Shown here: piece after piece, positions 28,254-39,844 of the stretch
Layout: each line of letters begins with the position of its first letter
Position numbering within the stretch: position 1 is the first letter of the stretch
Assembly (NCBI GenBank): GCA_964542535.1
Contig: CAZIUE010000010.1
Coordinates: 82,937 to 146,936 of the forward strand
DNA from: an uncultured Pelobacter sp.
GTDB lineage: Bacteria > Desulfobacterota > Desulfuromonadia > Geobacterales > Pseudopelobacteraceae
Direction of reading: 5' to 3'
DNA: 64,000 nucleotides
Translations under genes and position numbers: made by a program
The notes under the pieces: model-generated
Seen by the model: the letters and a program-made list of their open reading frames with translations, nothing else
Database searches by the model: none
Told to the model about the DNA's origin: nothing

Positions 28254-29239
28254 GGATTGCCGGTTTCGATCACCGCGTCGGCCGGCATGCCCGGTTTCAG
28301 CTCCATCTTCGGGTTGGCGAGGGTGATTTTGATGCGGTAGACCAGCTTGACCCGCTCCTTCTCGGTCTGCACGTTCTTGGGGGTGAATTCGGCCTGGGGC
28401 GAGATGAAACTGACCTTGCCGGGGAAGGTGCGTCCGGGCCAGGAGTCGACGCTGACGCGGGCCTTCTGGCCCACCACCACCCGTCCCAGGTCTGTCTCCG
28501 GGATATAGGCCCGCAGCCAGACCTCGTCCATCAGGCCCAGGGTGAGCACCGGCGAGCCGGGGGCCAGCATCTCCCCTGCCTCGGCATGTTTCGACAGGAT
28601 CAGGCCTGCCTGGGGAGCGGTGAGGAGGCTCTGGGAGAAGCGCGTCTCCGCCAGGGAACGGGCGGCATCGGCAGCCTCGAGCCGGGCTTGCAGTGCCTGG
28701 ACCGCATCGGGGCGCGGACCGATGCGCAGGAGCCGCAGGCGCTCCGTGGCCTCGCGCACCGCGGCCGCCGAGGCGTCGCGGCCGGCACGGGCCGCCTCCA
28801 GTTCCCTGAGTGGGATGACCTCGCGTCGGTAGAGCTTCTCCAGGCGCAGGGCATCCCGGGAGAGCTTGTCCGCGTCGGCCTTCAGGCGCTCCAGGGCCGC
28901 TTCTCCCTGTCTGATCTCCTCGCGTCGGCTGCCGGCCTTGAGGTCGGCCAGCGTGGCGCCGGCCGCGCGGTGCTCGGCGGAACGGGCGTTGAGCTCTTCC
29001 CGCAGTTCGTCATCCTCCAGCTGGGCCACCAGCTGTCCCCCCCTTACCAGCTCTCCCTCGTCCACCAGGCGCCGGCTCATGCGGCCGCCCACCTTGAAGG
29101 AAAGTTCGACCGAGGTGACTTCAACGGTGCCGGACACCTTGAGTCCGTCATCTGTTCCCGAAGGGGTCCGGAAAACCAGATACAGTATCACTGCCAGGGC
29201 CAGGCAGGCCAGGAACGCACTCGCAACCTTCCTGTTCAT
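28250..29239 (-). CDS. HlyD-family membrane fusion protein (YbhG-like)
   Basis: N-terminal TM, coiled coil, AEFTPKNVQT..ER..LVYRIK, LKPGMPAD. Confidence 0.9.
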   Translation of the reverse strand: MNRKVASAFLACLALAVILYLVFRTPSGTDDGLKVSGTVEVTSVELSFKVGGRMSRRLVDEGELVRGGQLVAQLEDDELREELNARSAEHRAAGATLADLKAGSRREEIRQGEAALERLKADADKLSRDALRLEKLYRREVIPLRELEAARAGRDASAAAVREATERLRLLRIGPRPDAVQALQARLEAADAARSLAETRFSQSLLTAPQAGLILSKHAEAGEMLAPGSPVLTLGLMDEVWLRAYIPETDLGRVVVGQKARVSVDSWPGRTFPGKVSFISPQAEFTPKNVQTEKERVKLVYRIKITLANPKMELKPGMPADAVIETGNP

Positions 29240-29577
29240 TGGTGGATCTCCCTTCGGGATGGGGGCGTGCCCATGGAGCCAGCCATGCGCTCGGTTCCCC
29301 CTCTGCCCGGACCTGTTCCGCGGCATGGGGCGGTTCGGCGACGGCCACCTGGGCTGACGGGTGTACTACCGGTGGCGGCGCTGTGGTTGCGGCTCTTTTT
29401 GGCACGCGGTCTCCGGCGTCACGTGTGTGAGGGTACAGTGAATAGGTAATGCCCGCTCCCGGCAGGGATGTCAAGGGGCTCGACCGTCCGGCGCGACTAA
29501 CATGCTGCTGCTTTTTTCCGTGCGGACTGCTATAGTATCTGACGCGTTGTCCGTTGATTCGACCCAGGAGTAGTGCC

Positions 29578-30237
29578 ATGGAGATGAGCCTGAACGACAC
29601 CGAGCTGCGACTGCTCGGCTGCCTGATCGAGAAGGAGCTGACTACTCCCGAATACTATCCGCTCTCCCTGAATGCCCTGAGCAGCGCCTGCAACCAGAAG
29701 TCTAACCGCGATCCGGTCATGACGCTGGACGAGGCCGCGGTTACGGCCGCGCTGGAAGGGCTTCGCTTCAAGCAGCTGGCCGTGGTTGCCGCCGATGGCG
29801 GCCGGGTAACCAAATACCGCCATCTGCTGGCTGAACGGCTGGGACTGCTCCCGCCGGAGCTGGCACTTGTGTGCGAACTGCTTGTGCGCGGTCCCCAGAC
29901 CCCGGGTGAACTGCGCGCCAGGGCGGAGCGGATGCATCGTTTCGCCCAACTGGCGGACGTTGAGGCGGTGCTGCGGGAACTGGCGGAGCGGCCCGAGCCG
30001 CTGGTAGTCCGGCTGGAACGCCAGCCCGGCCGCAAGGAGGCGCGGTATGCCCAGCTTTTGGGCGGAGTGCCTCGCTGCGCCGGGGAGGAGGACGGGGCCG
30101 AGACTGCGGGCCGGCGCGGGGGAATGGAGGAGGAAGGTGAACGGATCGCCCGCCTGGAAGAGCAGGTCGAGTCGCTACGGGAAGAACTGGCTCTGCTGCG
30201 CCGGGTGGTGGAGGAGTTCAAGGGGCGGTTCGAATGA
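29578..30237 (+). CDS. YceH / DUF480 family protein
   Basis: LGCLIEKE.TTPEYYPLSLNAL..ACNQKSNRDPVM, RGPQTPGELR. Confidence 0.92.
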   Translation: MEMSLNDTELRLLGCLIEKELTTPEYYPLSLNALSSACNQKSNRDPVMTLDEAAVTAALEGLRFKQLAVVAADGGRVTKYRHLLAERLGLLPPELALVCELLVRGPQTPGELRARAERMHRFAQLADVEAVLRELAERPEPLVVRLERQPGRKEARYAQLLGGVPRCAGEEDGAETAGRRGGMEEEGERIARLEEQVESLREELALLRRVVEEFKGRFE

Positions 30238-30383
30238 TCCTCAACCGTAGCGCATTTTGTCCGCCCTATTGGCGAATTTCCGTTTTGTAGTATGCTTGGA
30301 ACTGAAAAATGCGGCGCCGACCCCCTGGGGCGGTTGCCGGATGTCGCGTAAGAGGTCCGGTTCCGAAGCGAGGTGTTGCACAG

Positions 30384-31067
30384 ATGACGTTTTCCCTTGA
30401 TGCCATTGCCGCCCAGCTCGAACGCCACCGCCAGGCTGAAAACCATGCCACAGTCGCCGGCGAGACCGCCACCCGGGCCGCCGTGGCCATGATCCTGCGC
30501 CAGGGCGGGAACGGCCTGGAGCTGCTCTTCATCCAGCGTGCGCTGTACGAGAACGATCCCTGGTCCGGCAATATCGCCTTTCCCGGGGGCAAGGTGCAGG
30601 CGGACGAGGAACCGCGTCAGGCCGCGGAGCGGGAAACCGCCGAGGAGATCGGCCTCGACCTGTCCGGTGCGCGCTACCTGGGACAGATGCCGGTGGTACG
30701 CGGCTCGCACCTGCCGGTGCAGGTTTCCTGCTTCGTCTACTGGCTGAACGGTTCCCGGCCGAGGCTTACGCTGAACGGCGAGGTCCAGGATATCTATTGG
30801 GCCGACCTGGATGAGTTGGACGATCCGAGGCGGCGCCTCATCGCTCCGGTGCGCTTTGGCGGCGAAGCGTTCGATGTGCCGGCCATCAGGCTCCCCTGGC
30901 CCGGTTCGCCGGTGTTGTGGGGGCTGACCTATCGGCTGGCAACGCATTTCCTGGATATGCATCGGGTCAGCCAGGCAGCGATTATCATGCCTCCGGAAGA
31001 CCGGTTCCAGGGCCGGCAGGACGGTGTCCGGTCTTCCGCCGGTCAGGTCGCCCTGGGGTGTACATAA
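30384..31067 (+). CDS. NUDIX hydrolase (CoA pyrophosphatase-like)
   Basis: WSGNIAFPGG...AAERETAEEIGL Nudix box; LWGLTY. Confidence 0.88.
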   Translation: MTFSLDAIAAQLERHRQAENHATVAGETATRAAVAMILRQGGNGLELLFIQRALYENDPWSGNIAFPGGKVQADEEPRQAAERETAEEIGLDLSGARYLGQMPVVRGSHLPVQVSCFVYWLNGSRPRLTLNGEVQDIYWADLDELDDPRRRLIAPVRFGGEAFDVPAIRLPWPGSPVLWGLTYRLATHFLDMHRVSQAAIIMPPEDRFQGRQDGVRSSAGQVALGCT

Positions 31068-31275
31068 CCACCCGACACCGTGACGCTTTCCCACCTCCGC
31101 GTGCTTGAACAGCCTCTGCCCTGGGCGTGGTTGCGCGGCAGGGGATGGTTGGATGGAAGGTTCACCCGGACCGACGGTTTCATCACTATGGGCGGATGTG
31201 TGGCCCCGCTCTTGCAAGCACGCAGGTCTTCGGTGCCACTGATTCAGCATACTAAGATTGAAGAGGAGGATGTTA

Positions 31276-31785
31276 ATGAGCGAACGGACCGTAACCTTTA
31301 TGGGTAATCCCCTGACCCTGCTCGGCTCGGAGCTGAAACCCGGTGCCAAGGCCCCTGACTTCTTCGTCCTGGACAACGGACTCGCTCCGGTGACGTTGGC
31401 CAGCTACACCGGCAAGGTGAAGATCATCTGCACGGTGCCGTCACTGGACACTCCGGTGTGCGACACCGAGACGCGGCGCTTCAACCAGGAGGCGGCCAAC
31501 CTCAAGGGGGACGTGGTGGTGCTGACCATCAGCCAGGATCTTCCCTTTGCCCAGGGCCGCTGGTGCGGCGCGGCGGGGATTGACCGGGTGGTGACCCTTT
31601 CCGACTACCGTGACCGCGCCTTTGGCAGCGCCTACGGCGTGATGATCAAGGAGCTGATGCTCCTGGCCCGTGCCGTGTTCGTCCTGGATGCAAATGACGT
31701 CATCCGCTACATCCAGATCGTCCCCGAGATTACCGACGAACCGGACTATGCCGCTGCCCTGGAGGCGGCCCGGGCCCTGTTGTAG
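31276..31785 (+). CDS. tpx: thiol peroxidase Tpx
   Basis: VPSLDTPVC, DLPFAQGRWCGAAG, LLARAVFV. Confidence 0.93.
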   Translation: MSERTVTFMGNPLTLLGSELKPGAKAPDFFVLDNGLAPVTLASYTGKVKIICTVPSLDTPVCDTETRRFNQEAANLKGDVVVLTISQDLPFAQGRWCGAAGIDRVVTLSDYRDRAFGSAYGVMIKELMLLARAVFVLDANDVIRYIQIVPEITDEPDYAAALEAARALL

Positions 31786-31793
31786 CTCTGATT

Positions 31794-31828
31794 CCGCCGG
31801 CGGTGGGCGATACTCCCCCCGCCGGCGG
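31794..31828. terminator. GC-rich hairpin between convergent tpx and copA
   Basis: CCGCCGGCGG present twice as a self-complementary unit; no clear U tract. Confidence 0.35.
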
Positions 31829-31864
31829 TGGATGTTCCCCGCCCCGCTTGTTTCGCGACCGTCG

Positions 31865-34252
31865 TCACAGTTCCCGTTCCACCCGTTTGATCATCAGCGA
31901 GTTGACCACCACCGATACCGATGAGAAGGCCATGGCAAGTCCGGCATACTCCGGCTTGAGGCTGATGCCCAAGGGAGAGAGAAGCCCGGCGGCCACCGGA
32001 ATCCCCAGGATATTGTACACCAGCGCCCAGAACAGATTCTGTCTGACCCTGGTCAGGGTGGCCCGGCCGATCCTGATGGCAGCCACCACGTCCAACAGGT
32101 CGTCGCGCATCAGTACGATGTCGCCGGTCTCCTTTGCTACGTCGGTGCCGCCGCCGATGGCGATGCCGATGTCGGCCTGGGCCAGGGCCGGGGCGTCGTT
32201 GATGCCGTCCCCCACCATGGCGGTAATCACTCCCCCCTGCTGGTACTGTCTGACCAGGTCCTGCTTGCGGTCCGGCAGAACCTGGGCCTCGAACTGGTCA
32301 ACCCCCACCTGCTCGGCCACCATGGCCGCCACATCCTGGTGGTCACCGGTGATCATGCAGGTCCTGATCCCCATGGCGCGCAATTCCTGCACGGCCCGCC
32401 GCGAGTGCGGCTTGAGCGTGTCGGCGAAGGCCGCCACCCCCACCAGGGTCCCGCCGGCGGCCACGAAGATCAGCGACTTTCCCTCCCGTGCCAGCTCGGC
32501 GCTCTGAACCTTCAAGGGGCTCAGGCTGATCCCCTCCTGTTCCATCAGGCGCTCGTTGCCCACCGTCAGGCTGAAGCCGGCGTAGCTGCAGGTGATCCCG
32601 TAACCGGCCCGTTCCTGGATGTCGGCCGCCTGCCCCGGCTGCATGCCGGCCTCTTCCGCGGCCTTGAGCACGGCCTGGCCCAGGGGGTGGGTGGAACCGG
32701 CCTCCGCCGTTGCCAGGCATTCCAGCAGCCGCTCCCGGTCAACGCCGCGAACCGGAATCAGGTCGGTCATGGCGGGGATGCCGCTGGTCAGGGTGCCGGT
32801 TTTGTCCAGGAGCAGCACGTGCAGGCGGGATATGATCTCCAGGGCAGAGCCGCGCTTCACCAGGATGCCGCGCCCCAGGGCGATACCGCTGCCGACCATG
32901 ATGGCGGTGGGGGTGGCCAGCCCCATGGCGCAGGGACAGGCAATGACGATCACGGCGATGGCGAAGCGGAAGGCGGTCAGGAACGGGGAGTGGAGGAGGA
33001 AGAGCCAGGCAAAGAAGGTGATCAGGGAGATGACGATCACGGCCGGCACGAACCAGCTTGAGACCGCGTCGGCAAAGCGCTGGATGGGGGCCTTGTCTCC
33101 CTGGGCTTCCCGCACCATGCGCACGATCTGGGAGAGCAGGGTCTCTTCGCCGATGCGGGTGGCCCGCACGCGCAGCACGCCATTAGTGTTGATGGTGGCC
33201 CCGGTAACGCTGTCGCCGGGCTGCTTCAGCACCGGCAGGGACTCGCCGGTGATCATGGATTCGTTCACCGCGCCGCTCCCCTCCACCACCTGTCCGTCCA
33301 CGGGGATGATCTCGCCGGGGCGCACCAGCAGCAGGTCTCCGACCCTGACCAGGGAGGCGGGGATCTCCTTCTCCCCCTGGTCGGTGAGCAGGCGGGCCCT
33401 GTCGCTCTGCAGGTGCAGCAGCTTTTTCAGCGCTTCGCCCGCCTTGCCCCGGGCGCGGGCCTCCAGGTATTTGCCCAGTCGGATGAAGGCGATGAGCATG
33501 GCCGATGTCTCGAAGAACACCCCGTGCCCGGGGCCCAGCAGGCCGGAATAGGAGAGCAGGGAATAGCCGTAGGCGGCGGAGGTTCCCAGGGCAACCAGCA
33601 GGTCCATGGTGGCGCTTCCACTGCGCAGGGCCGCCCATGCGCCGCGATAGAAGGCAAGGCCGGCGGAGAATTGCAGCACCGTTGCCAGGAGCCAGTTGAG
33701 CTGCATGACGGCTCGGTTGTGGTGCATCCCCATGGTGAACATGATCGGCAGCGATAGCAGGAGCGAGAAGATCATCCAGGCGCGCTGGGAACGGAGCTCG
33801 TCCCGGGCAGACGTGTCCCCGGCCGCCAGGTCCACCGGTGTGTAACCCACATCCCGTACCAGCCGGAAGATGCTCTCCTGGTCAAGTGTCCGGTGGTCGA
33901 AGCGGACGAAGGCCGTTTCCGTTGCCAGATTGACCAGGGCGCTGTCGATGGCCGGCTCCTGGTTCAGCCTCGTCTCCAGGCGGTTGACGCAGGATGCGCA
34001 GTGCAGTCCGCGCACGCCGAAGGTCAGTTCACCCCTGGGGTGCGGTCGGGTAACGGAGAAGCCCAGCTTCTCCACGGCGGCGGCGATCGCCGCAACGGAC
34101 GTGGTTGCCTCGTCATGGGTGACGAGCAGCTCCTGGAGCGCCAGGTTAACGCTGGCCGTTGCGACCCCCTCCAGGGCGGAGACGGCCTTTTCGATGCGGG
34201 TGGCGCAGCTGGCGCAGGACATCCCGGTGATGCTCATGATGGTCGTGGTCAT
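31865..34252 (-). CDS. copA: Cu(I)-exporting P1B-1 ATPase
   Basis: Two CASC metal-binding domains, [24 protein letters not shown] and MAFSS. Confidence 0.92.
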   Translation of the reverse strand: MTTTIMSITGMSCASCATRIEKAVSALEGVATASVNLALQELLVTHDEATTSVAAIAAAVEKLGFSVTRPHPRGELTFGVRGLHCASCVNRLETRLNQEPAIDSALVNLATETAFVRFDHRTLDQESIFRLVRDVGYTPVDLAAGDTSARDELRSQRAWMIFSLLLSLPIMFTMGMHHNRAVMQLNWLLATVLQFSAGLAFYRGAWAALRSGSATMDLLVALGTSAAYGYSLLSYSGLLGPGHGVFFETSAMLIAFIRLGKYLEARARGKAGEALKKLLHLQSDRARLLTDQGEKEIPASLVRVGDLLLVRPGEIIPVDGQVVEGSGAVNESMITGESLPVLKQPGDSVTGATINTNGVLRVRATRIGEETLLSQIVRMVREAQGDKAPIQRFADAVSSWFVPAVIVISLITFFAWLFLLHSPFLTAFRFAIAVIVIACPCAMGLATPTAIMVGSGIALGRGILVKRGSALEIISRLHVLLLDKTGTLTSGIPAMTDLIPVRGVDRERLLECLATAEAGSTHPLGQAVLKAAEEAGMQPGQAADIQERAGYGITCSYAGFSLTVGNERLMEQEGISLSPLKVQSAELAREGKSLIFVAAGGTLVGVAAFADTLKPHSRRAVQELRAMGIRTCMITGDHQDVAAMVAEQVGVDQFEAQVLPDRKQDLVRQYQQGGVITAMVGDGINDAPALAQADIGIAIGGGTDVAKETGDIVLMRDDLLDVVAAIRIGRATLTRVRQNLFWALVYNILGIPVAAGLLSPLGISLKPEYAGLAMAFSSVSVVVNSLMIKRVEREL

Positions 34253-34397
34253 ACGAGTGCTCCGGAAACGTCCGGCCAGTGGCGACGCGCAACGCGGTCC
34301 GGCGCCGCTTTTCCGGGAACTGTCCGCCCGGCTGGCCTGGCGTGTGGTGCTGGGGTTGTTGTGTACGGCGGGCCGGTGTGCGTGACTCTCCGGCGGA

Positions 34398-35453
34398 TCA
34401 GATTTCGATATCCCCCCTGAGGTAGTATCCCCAGGTTATCTTTATGGCCGCGGCGATGGGGAGCGCCAGCATGATCCCCCAAAACCCCAGCAGTTCCCCC
34501 AGCGCCATGACCATGACGATGGTCATGAGCGGGTTCAGGTTCATGGACTCCTTGAAGATGAGGGGCTTGATGATATACCCCTCCAGGAAATAGATCAGGG
34601 AAAAGGCGAAGGCGGTCTGGGCGAGAAGGGTGATGCTCTGGTATTGGAACCAGGCGAAAAACAGGGCCGGCACTGTTGCGAGCAACACGCCGATGAAGGG
34701 GAGCACCGATGCCGCACCGGCGAAGATGCCGCAGAAAATCGGGTGGGGGATGTCCAGGAACAGCAGTGCCAGCATGGCCAGCAGCGCCACGATGATCGAG
34801 ACGATCACCTGGCCCCGCAGATAGCCGCCGATGCTGTTGTTGACCTCCAGGCCGATGGCAATGGCGATGGCGCGGCGTTTTTCCGGAAGCCAGGATTTGA
34901 GGGTCTCGATGACGGTCTGTTTGTAGTACAGCATGAAAAAGACCAGAATCGGCGAGAGGACGATGTTGAAGATGTTGAAGAAGATGCTGCTGCCAAAGGA
35001 GTAGACCACCACCCCCGCCCTCTGGACCGTGGAGTCGATGTTGCTGGAGGCTTTGTCGATCAGCCACTGGATCTCTTCCGAACCGTAGCGGTCGGGAAGT
35101 CTGGTCTTCCACTCCATGGCGATCTGCTTGAGCTTCTGGATGTAGAGCGGCAGATCGTGGACAAAACCGTCCCATCCCATGGTCAACTTGGGCACCATGA
35201 TGGCCAGGAAGAAGAGGCTGAGGAGGGTCAGCAACGCGTACAGTACCAGCAGGGCGCGGGTACGGCGGACACCCCGCTCTTCGATCCTGATCACCAGCGG
35301 GTCCAGCAGATAGGCAATGACCCAGGAGAGGAGGAAACAGGATACGGTGTGCCGCAGGGCGTAACCTGCTGCTGCCATCAGGCAGAGCAGCAGGATGACG
35401 GCGATCAGTTTGCCGTAGTCACTACGGTGCGCGCCATGGAGCGGGTGACTCAC
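34398..35453 (-). CDS. AI-2E family transporter
   Basis: [15 protein letters not shown], multi-[10 protein letters not shown]. Confidence 0.88.
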   Translation of the reverse strand: MSHPLHGAHRSDYGKLIAVILLLCLMAAAGYALRHTVSCFLLSWVIAYLLDPLVIRIEERGVRRTRALLVLYALLTLLSLFFLAIMVPKLTMGWDGFVHDLPLYIQKLKQIAMEWKTRLPDRYGSEEIQWLIDKASSNIDSTVQRAGVVVYSFGSSIFFNIFNIVLSPILVFFMLYYKQTVIETLKSWLPEKRRAIAIAIGLEVNNSIGGYLRGQVIVSIIVALLAMLALLFLDIPHPIFCGIFAGAASVLPFIGVLLATVPALFFAWFQYQSITLLAQTAFAFSLIYFLEGYIIKPLIFKESMNLNPLMTIVMVMALGELLGFWGIMLALPIAAAIKITWGYYLRGDIEI

Positions 35454-35466
35454 GTCTGCACCCGCT

Positions 35467-35922
35467 TCAGACGCGGGAAAGGGTTGCGGAGAGGGTCTCG
35501 ATGGTAAACAGGTTGTTGACTTCCAGCCACTGCCTGACCCGGCTGGTAAGGAATTCGTCCTTGATTTCGTTCAGGCGTGCCAGTTCTTCGGGAAAGAACG
35601 AGAGAATGTCGTTCAGGTTGCCGAAGGGTTTTCTGCCGTTAATGGAGCTGCCCAGCAGTTGCTTCAGTCCGGCGTCTTCGATGGCGCCGATGAAGCCGTT
35701 CATGATCTGACGTTCCACGCTGTAATCGAAGCGGGGGATCTCCAGGAACCGTTCCCGGTTGCTCTCCATCTGCCGCCAGAACTCATCGTCTTCGAGCGTG
35801 GCGGGGACAAAGAAAATTTCACCTGTCTGGTTGTCCAGAAAGTAGACCCGGTTTCCTTGGCCGCTGCTGAATGCGTCGAGCAACTCATCCCAGACAATTT
35901 CAACGTTGTGCACAAATGCCAT
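35467..35922 (-). CDS. UPF0158 family protein
   Basis: YFLD.QTGEIF, RFLEIP, M..FI..IED..L...L...I.GRKPF. Confidence 0.8.
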   Translation of the reverse strand: MAFVHNVEIVWDELLDAFSSGQGNRVYFLDNQTGEIFFVPATLEDDEFWRQMESNRERFLEIPRFDYSVERQIMNGFIGAIEDAGLKQLLGSSINGRKPFGNLNDILSFFPEELARLNEIKDEFLTSRVRQWLEVNNLFTIETLSATLSRV

Positions 35923-35982
35923 GTGTCAGACCTCTATTCCTTGTTGACTTCCGCGGGGCGTGACAGCACAATTTGCCCCACT

Positions 35983-36714
35983 ATGCGTACGATCTTTCTC
36001 GCCGATGCCCACCTTGCGTCCCCCGACGATTTCAACTACCGCATGCTGCTGCGCTTCCTGAACGACCTGCGGGGCCGGACCGAAACCCTGTACATCATGG
36101 GAGACCTGTTCGACTTCTGGGTCGGTTTTTCCTCCCAACCCTTCCGGCAGTACGACCCGCTGCTGGATACGCTGCTGAAACTGCGGCGGAGCGGTTGTCG
36201 TCTGGTCTACTTCGAGGGCAACCATGATTTTCACCTGGGAAGCGTCTTCCATCAGGACCTGGCAGCCGAGGTGCATACCGGGCCGGCCATCCGCGTCGTG
36301 CAGGGTAAACGGCTCTTCCTCTGTCACGGCGACCAGATCAACCGGGCTGACCATGGCTACCGCCTGTTGCGTCTCGTTCTGCGCAACTGCCTGACCGCCG
36401 CGGCGGTCAGGCACGTTCCGCCCGCACTGGCGCTGCGTATCAGGGAGCGCCTTCAACACGCCAGCCGCTCCAGTTACGGAGCCAAATCAATGCGCTGGGA
36501 CTATGGTCGCATTATCCGCGACTTTGCCCGCACCGTCCAAGGTATGGGCTGCTCCGGCCTTGTCACCGGGCACTTTCACCTGGGGTTCTGCGAGGACCTG
36601 CCGGGCGGCTCCTTTACGATCCTCTCCCTGGGGGAGTGGCAGGGGCGTCTGCAGTACGGCGAGATGGTGGCGGGCAGACTTGTCTTGCGCGACTACCTTG
36701 CGCAACATCCGTGA
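35983..36714 (+). CDS. lpxH: UDP-2,3-diacylglucosamine diphosphatase
   Basis: ADAHL, MGDLFDFW, EGNHDF, CHGD, TGHFH, LGEW. Confidence 0.85.
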   Translation: MRTIFLADAHLASPDDFNYRMLLRFLNDLRGRTETLYIMGDLFDFWVGFSSQPFRQYDPLLDTLLKLRRSGCRLVYFEGNHDFHLGSVFHQDLAAEVHTGPAIRVVQGKRLFLCHGDQINRADHGYRLLRLVLRNCLTAAAVRHVPPALALRIRERLQHASRSSYGAKSMRWDYGRIIRDFARTVQGMGCSGLVTGHFHLGFCEDLPGGSFTILSLGEWQGRLQYGEMVAGRLVLRDYLAQHP

Positions 36715-36732
36715 GGGGTGTTCATGCTCCTC

Positions 36733-38115
36733 TCAGGGAGTTGCCTCCCGCTCGAAAAAAGCCGCCAGGGCCTGCTGACCCACCTGGGATGACTTGATCT
36801 TCCAGCGATCCTGGTTGATCACCAGCGCTACCAGGGCGATACGCGGATTCCGGGCCGGCGCGAAGGCGGCGAACCAGGAATAGTGTCCCGGTGGATCGGT
36901 TCCGTCAATGGAGCCGGTCTTGGCGCAGATGTCCACATCCAAAAGCGGCCGCCCCCGCCGGTCGTGGAAGGCTTTGCGGGAGGTGCCGGTGGTGACGGTA
37001 CTGGAAAGCATGCGGGCCAGGGATTGGGCGGTTTCGGGAGAGACGAGGCGGCGGACTTCGCGGGGCGTGTGGGTGAAACGCGCCTTTCCGGATGAACTGA
37101 TCAGGCTCTCGGTCAGGCCGGGGGACATCATTCGGCCATTGTTGGCGATGGCCGCCATCATGGCCGCCGCATGCAGCGGAGAAATCTTGACGTCGTGATC
37201 CAGCCCCGCCCCCATGAGCATCAGTCCGTGCTGGTCCTGGGGTTCGGCTGCCTGGCTCTCCCGGACCGGGATGCCGGCCAGCAGCTTCTGGTTGAAGCCG
37301 AACCTGTTGACGGAGCGCATGACGTTGGTCTTGCCGGCGATATCGGCCGCGACCCTGCCATAGACCGGGTTAACGGATTTGCCCATGGCATAGCTCACAT
37401 CCAGGCTGTTGTTCCTGCCGCCAGGGGTAGCCTGCCAGGAGCGGGGGCTCTCGGAGACGAAGCCGCCGCGGAACTCCACCACAGTGTCGGGGGTCATGAG
37501 CCTGTTTTCCAGGGCCGCCGAGGCGGTTACGATCTTGAACAGCGAGGCCATGGGGTAGAGGTCAAAGAAGGCGTGGCGTTCCCATTCCGGGTTGATGGAC
37601 GAATGGGCGGTCATGGCCAGGATCCTGCCGGTTGCCGGTTCGATGGCAACAAAGACACCATAGGGCACGTCCCTGTCGGCCATGAAGTCGTGGACCCGTT
37701 TCTGCAGATCGCCCTGGATGGTATAGAGCAGCGTGTCGCCCTTGCCTGTCCGGGCCGTAAAGCGGTCCTGGTCCATGACGGCGGAATCCAGCAGTGAGGT
37801 GGCGATCTGGAAGGGGCTGGCGTCGGGCTGTCTGGCTGCCAGCGCCAGGCGGGGGGTCTGGCTGCGCTGGTTCTGGAACCAGGTCGCCACGCCCCTGGCG
37901 GCGGCGGGTATGGCCCGCAGGGTATGGAAGCAGAGCGGCACAACAACCGCCAGTGCCGCCAGTGCCAGCAGCAGACGGGTGATGCGGCGCTTTTCCTCTC
38001 CGGACAGGCCCGGCCGCCGCGAGGCAGCAAGCCTCCTGTTGCCTCTGTGCGTCCTGGAGGAGGAGAACAGGGCCGGAAGGCGTTTTTTCTGGGTCAGATG
38101 TTTGAGGTCCTGCAT
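36733..38115 (-). CDS. penicillin-binding protein, transpeptidase domain only
   Basis: SLFK (SxxK), SVN (SxN), KTG; single TM anchor. Confidence 0.88.
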   Translation of the reverse strand: MQDLKHLTQKKRLPALFSSSRTHRGNRRLAASRRPGLSGEEKRRITRLLLALAALAVVVPLCFHTLRAIPAAARGVATWFQNQRSQTPRLALAARQPDASPFQIATSLLDSAVMDQDRFTARTGKGDTLLYTIQGDLQKRVHDFMADRDVPYGVFVAIEPATGRILAMTAHSSINPEWERHAFFDLYPMASLFKIVTASAALENRLMTPDTVVEFRGGFVSESPRSWQATPGGRNNSLDVSYAMGKSVNPVYGRVAADIAGKTNVMRSVNRFGFNQKLLAGIPVRESQAAEPQDQHGLMLMGAGLDHDVKISPLHAAAMMAAIANNGRMMSPGLTESLISSSGKARFTHTPREVRRLVSPETAQSLARMLSSTVTTGTSRKAFHDRRGRPLLDVDICAKTGSIDGTDPPGHYSWFAAFAPARNPRIALVALVINQDRWKIKSSQVGQQALAAFFEREATP

Positions 38116-38170
38116 GGCATCCCGGGGTGTGTGAGTTGTGCGAGACTATACAGGTTAATCGCGGTTTTTG

Positions 38171-39844
38171 TCAATCCATCAGGACCGGCTCGTCCGGCCA
38201 GAAGCGGCGCTGGAGTTCTTTCAGCAGCGGCGAAAGGGTTGAACGGTCGTTGGCGGCGATCATGATGGCGTCGTTGGTGCGGGCGAACTGGCGCACCCTG
38301 AGGAAGGCGAGAGTGTCGTTCTGTTTCAGCCCGGCCAGAAGATCGGACTTGTTGAATACCAGTACGCGGGGTTTGTCACCCAGCTCCAGCTCCTCCAGGA
38401 TGCGGTTCACCTGCTGAATGTGCGCTTCGAAACGGGGGTTGGAGGCGTCCACCACGTGCAGCAGCAGGTCGGCATCGCGCAACTCTTCCAAGGTGGCCTT
38501 GAAGGCGCCCAGGAGCGAGGCGGGGAGTGAACGGATGAACCCGACCGTGTCGGTGACGATTACCTCCCGGTCGCGGGGGAAACGCAGCCTGCGGGTGGAG
38601 GTATCCAGAGTGGCGAAGAGCAGGTCCTCGGTGAAGACCCTGCTCTTGGTGAGGGTGTTGAGCAGGGTTGATTTGCCGGCATTGGTGTAGCCGACAATGG
38701 AGATGATCGGTACCCGGGCCTTGACCCGGCGCCGCCGACGCTGGTCACGGCCGCGGGAGAGTTCCTGCAGCTCCCGCTCCAGGCTGGCGATGCGGTCGCG
38801 GATACGGCGACGGTCGGTCTCCAGTTTGGTCTCCCCTGGTCCGCGACCGCCGATGCCCCCCATCAGCCGCGACATCTGCACCCCCCGTCCGGTCAGGCGC
38901 GGCAGCAGGTACTTCAGCTGGGCAAGCTCCACCTGCACCTTGCCGTCCAGTGTCTGGGCCCGGCGGGCGAAGATGTCCAGGATCAGCTGGCTGCGGTCGA
39001 TAACCTTCAGCTCGGTCATGGCGGAGATGGAGCGGATTTGGGCCGGAGTCAGCTCCTGGTCGAAGATCAGCATGGTGGCGCCACGTTGCAGTGCCCGGAT
39101 GACCACGTCGCGCATCTTGCCTTCCCCCATCAGGAAGCGGGGGTTGAGGCTGCGCGGCCGCTGAATGAACTCGTCCAGGGCCTCGATGCGGGCGGTGCGG
39201 GCCAGCTCGCGCAGTTCCATGACGGAATCCTCCGCCTCCTGGCGCGTCCCTTCCACGGTGACGGAGATCAGAATCGCCCGTTCCAGTGCCTCGGCTCCGG
39301 TGCTTCTGACCCGCGTGGAGCGGGACAGGTTCTCTTCCAACTCCTCCAGAAAACGGTTGCACTCCAGGTCAATCCGTTCGAAGGGGGTGATCGGGCCGGT
39401 GGTGGCGGGCGGGCCGGAGCTGGCCGGAGAGAGCCAGGCCAACTGGGCGGTCAAGCGTGCCTTTTCGGGGGAGAACAGCAGGGCCGCCACCAGGTCCAGC
39501 CGCAACAGGGACAGGTCGGTCAGGTCGTCCTCGCTGAGCGGCTCGTTCTTCAGGTGCGTGTGGATCAGGCGCAGCCCGCGCAGGGGGCGCTTTCCCAGAG
39601 GGTAGTCCTTGAGTTCCGGAATCACCACCCCCCGTTCGTCCCCCACAATGACGTACTCCACCATGCCGGCCCGGTTGATCAGGATACCGATCTGGCGGCG
39701 GATGTCGAGGGAGAGCTCCACCAACCGGGCGGCCAGTTCCTGGGTGCAGAACTCGGTCTGCGGCGTGCGCCGACGGTAGAGCCGTTCCAGAGACTGGATC
39801 TGGCTGGTTTTCAACCCTGCGAGATTGCCGAATGGTTCTTTGAT
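38171..39844 (-). CDS. hflX: GTPase HflX (long N-terminal form; probable ATC start)
   Basis: GIGGRGPGETKLE, GYTNAGKST, LFATLD, DTVGF, NKSD; GGGGAG 7 nt before ATC 39844. Confidence 0.9.
   Translation of the reverse strand: MKEPFGNLAGLKTSQIQSLERLYRRRTPQTEFCTQELAARLVELSLDIRRQIGILINRAGMVEYVIVGDERGVVIPELKDYPLGKRPLRGLRLIHTHLKNEPLSEDDLTDLSLLRLDLVAALLFSPEKARLTAQLAWLSPASSGPPATTGPITPFERIDLECNRFLEELEENLSRSTRVRSTGAEALERAILISVTVEGTRQEAEDSVMELRELARTARIEALDEFIQRPRSLNPRFLMGEGKMRDVVIRALQRGATMLIFDQELTPAQIRSISAMTELKVIDRSQLILDIFARRAQTLDGKVQVELAQLKYLLPRLTGRGVQMSRLMGGIGGRGPGETKLETDRRRIRDRIASLERELQELSRGRDQRRRRRVKARVPIISIVGYTNAGKSTLLNTLTKSRVFTEDLLFATLDTSTRRLRFPRDREVIVTDTVGFIRSLPASLLGAFKATLEELRDADLLLHVVDASNPRFEAHIQQVNRILEELELGDKPRVLVFNKSDLLAGLKQNDTLAFLRVRQFARTNDAIMIAANDRSTLSPLLKELQRRFWPDEPVLMD

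Noticed and set aside
29240..29577. TetR (CecR-like) regulator expected upstream of the ybhG-like gene
   Set aside because: No HTH-like ORF is recognisable in this interval
29655..31376. 573-aa minus-strand ORF and similar long antisense or alternate-frame ORFs (e.g. 26691-28340 +, 23986-25458 -)
   Set aside because: Shadow ORFs of high-GC coding DNA overlapping well-supported genes; no motifs
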